Assembly (NCBI GenBank): GCA_043750125.1
Contig: JAYVCD010000170.1
Coordinates: 1-16,681 of the forward strand
Origin: Archangiaceae bacterium
GTDB taxonomy: Bacteria; Myxococcota; Myxococcia; Myxococcales; Myxococcaceae
Direction: 5' to 3'
Length of the DNA: 16,681 bases
The notes under the pieces are model-generated. The model ran no database searches and was not told the origin of the DNA. It saw only the letters and a program-made list of their open reading frames with translations. Positions 15,724 to 16,681 of this stretch are shown here, piece after piece (within the stretch, counting starts at the first letter, position 1; every line of letters starts with the position of its first letter). A program made the position numbers and the translations under genes.

Positions 15724-16681
15724 ATGCTCGACAAGAATTTCGTCGCAAAGAACTTCGATGCCGTCGTGGGGCGGCTGGCAGACCGGGGCGGAACTCTCGA
15801 CCTGAGCCAATTCAAACAGTTGTTCGCCGAACGGCGGACGCTGACGATCGAGCTCGAGACCTTGCAGGCGCAGCGCAATCTGGCGAATGAAGAGATGAAG
15901 AAGCTCGCCAAGAGCGACCCTGCGGGGCTCGATGCGAAGCGGGCGGCGATGCGAGAGGTGGGCGATCAGATCAAAGCCCGCGAACCGCGGCTCAAAGAGC
16001 TCGAGACTTCGCTTGATGCGCTGTTGCTGACGGTTCCCAACATTCCGGACACCTCGGTGCCGACGGGCAAAAGCGAGGCGGACAACAAGGTCGAGCGGGT
16101 GTGGGGCGAGAAGCCGACGTTTCTGTTCGGGCCCAGGCAGCACTTTGAAATCGGCGAGAAGCTGGGCCTTTTGGACTTCGAGCGGGCCGCGAAGGTCTCG
16201 GGCAGCCGGTTCGCTTTTCTCAAAGGCGGCCTCGCCCGGCTGGAACGCGCGCTGGTGTCCTTCATGATCGATCAGCACACCGCGCGCGGCTACGAAGAGA
16301 TTCTGCCCCCGTACCTGGTCAACCGCGGCTCGATGATGGGCACCGGCCAGCTGCCGAAGTTCGAAGACGACGCGTTCAAGACGGCGGGCGAACAAGAGCT
16401 GTTCCTGATTCCGACCGCCGAAGTGCCGGTCACCAACTACCACCAGGACGAGATCCTCGAGGCCGCCGACCTGCCGAAGAAGTACTGCGCGTTCTCACCC
16501 TGCTTTCGGGCCGAAGCGGGTGCGGCGGGCAAGGACACCCGCGGGCTGATCCGGATGCACCAGTTCCACAAGGTCGAGCTGGTGATGTTTTCGCGGCCGG
16601 AAGAGTCGCTGGGGCACCTGGAGACGTTGGTGTCCGACGCGGCGTGGATTCTCGAGAAGCTGGGGCTGCACCACCGGGTGA
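15724..16681 (+). CDS. serS: Serine--tRNA ligase (runs off the window end)
   Basis: Not in the ORF track because it has no stop in the window. Translation from ATG 15724 gives MLDKNFV..., an N-terminal coiled-coil arm, VPNIPDTSVPTGKSEADN, LDFERAAKVSGSRF, GTGQLPKFEDD, LIPTAEVPVTN, CFRAEAGAAGKDTRGLIRMHQFHKVEL. Confidence 0.98.
   Translation, partial: MLDKNFVAKNFDAVVGRLADRGGTLDLSQFKQLFAERRTLTIELETLQAQRNLANEEMKKLAKSDPAGLDAKRAAMREVGDQIKAREPRLKELETSLDALLLTVPNIPDTSVPTGKSEADNKVERVWGEKPTFLFGPRQHFEIGEKLGLLDFERAAKVSGSRFAFLKGGLARLERALVSFMIDQHTARGYEEILPPYLVNRGSMMGTGQLPKFEDDAFKTAGEQELFLIPTAEVPVTNYHQDEILEAADLPKKYCAFSPCFRAEAGAAGKDTRGLIRMHQFHKVELVMFSRPEESLGHLETLVSDAAWILEKLGLHHRV

Overview
High-GC, gene-dense chromosomal window with a myxobacteria-like gene repertoire (inferred from the FHA/AAA+ regulator, the Ser/Thr kinase with a PEGA-like domain, and the zinc-ribbon/GYF-like/TPR protein). 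It contains 12 probable CDSs: ugd (cut by the window edge), a nucleotidyltransferase-like protein, a GT2-like/SAM-methyltransferase fusion, an FHA/GGDEF-like/AAA+/Fis-HTH regulator, a Rieske + cytochrome b-diheme c + monoheme cytochrome c operon followed by a small secreted ORF, a membrane Ser/Thr kinase, a polysaccharide deacetylase, a GT2 glycosyltransferase, a 1643-aa zinc-ribbon/TPR membrane protein with internal tandem repeats, and serS (cut by the window edge). No RNA genes, CRISPR arrays or mobile elements were seen. The most interesting signals are: (1) a sigma54-activator-like protein missing GAFTGA and the key ATPase residues, lying head-to-head only 27 bp from the Rieske/cytochrome b operon across a palindromic ACTATAGT that reads as a -10 box on both strands; (2) a recently expanded 69-bp IPLPG repeat in a protein that also has a GYF-like domain; (3) three consecutive genes with degenerate catalytic motifs. 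All domain calls come from motif recognition by eye, and novelty cannot be established without database searches.
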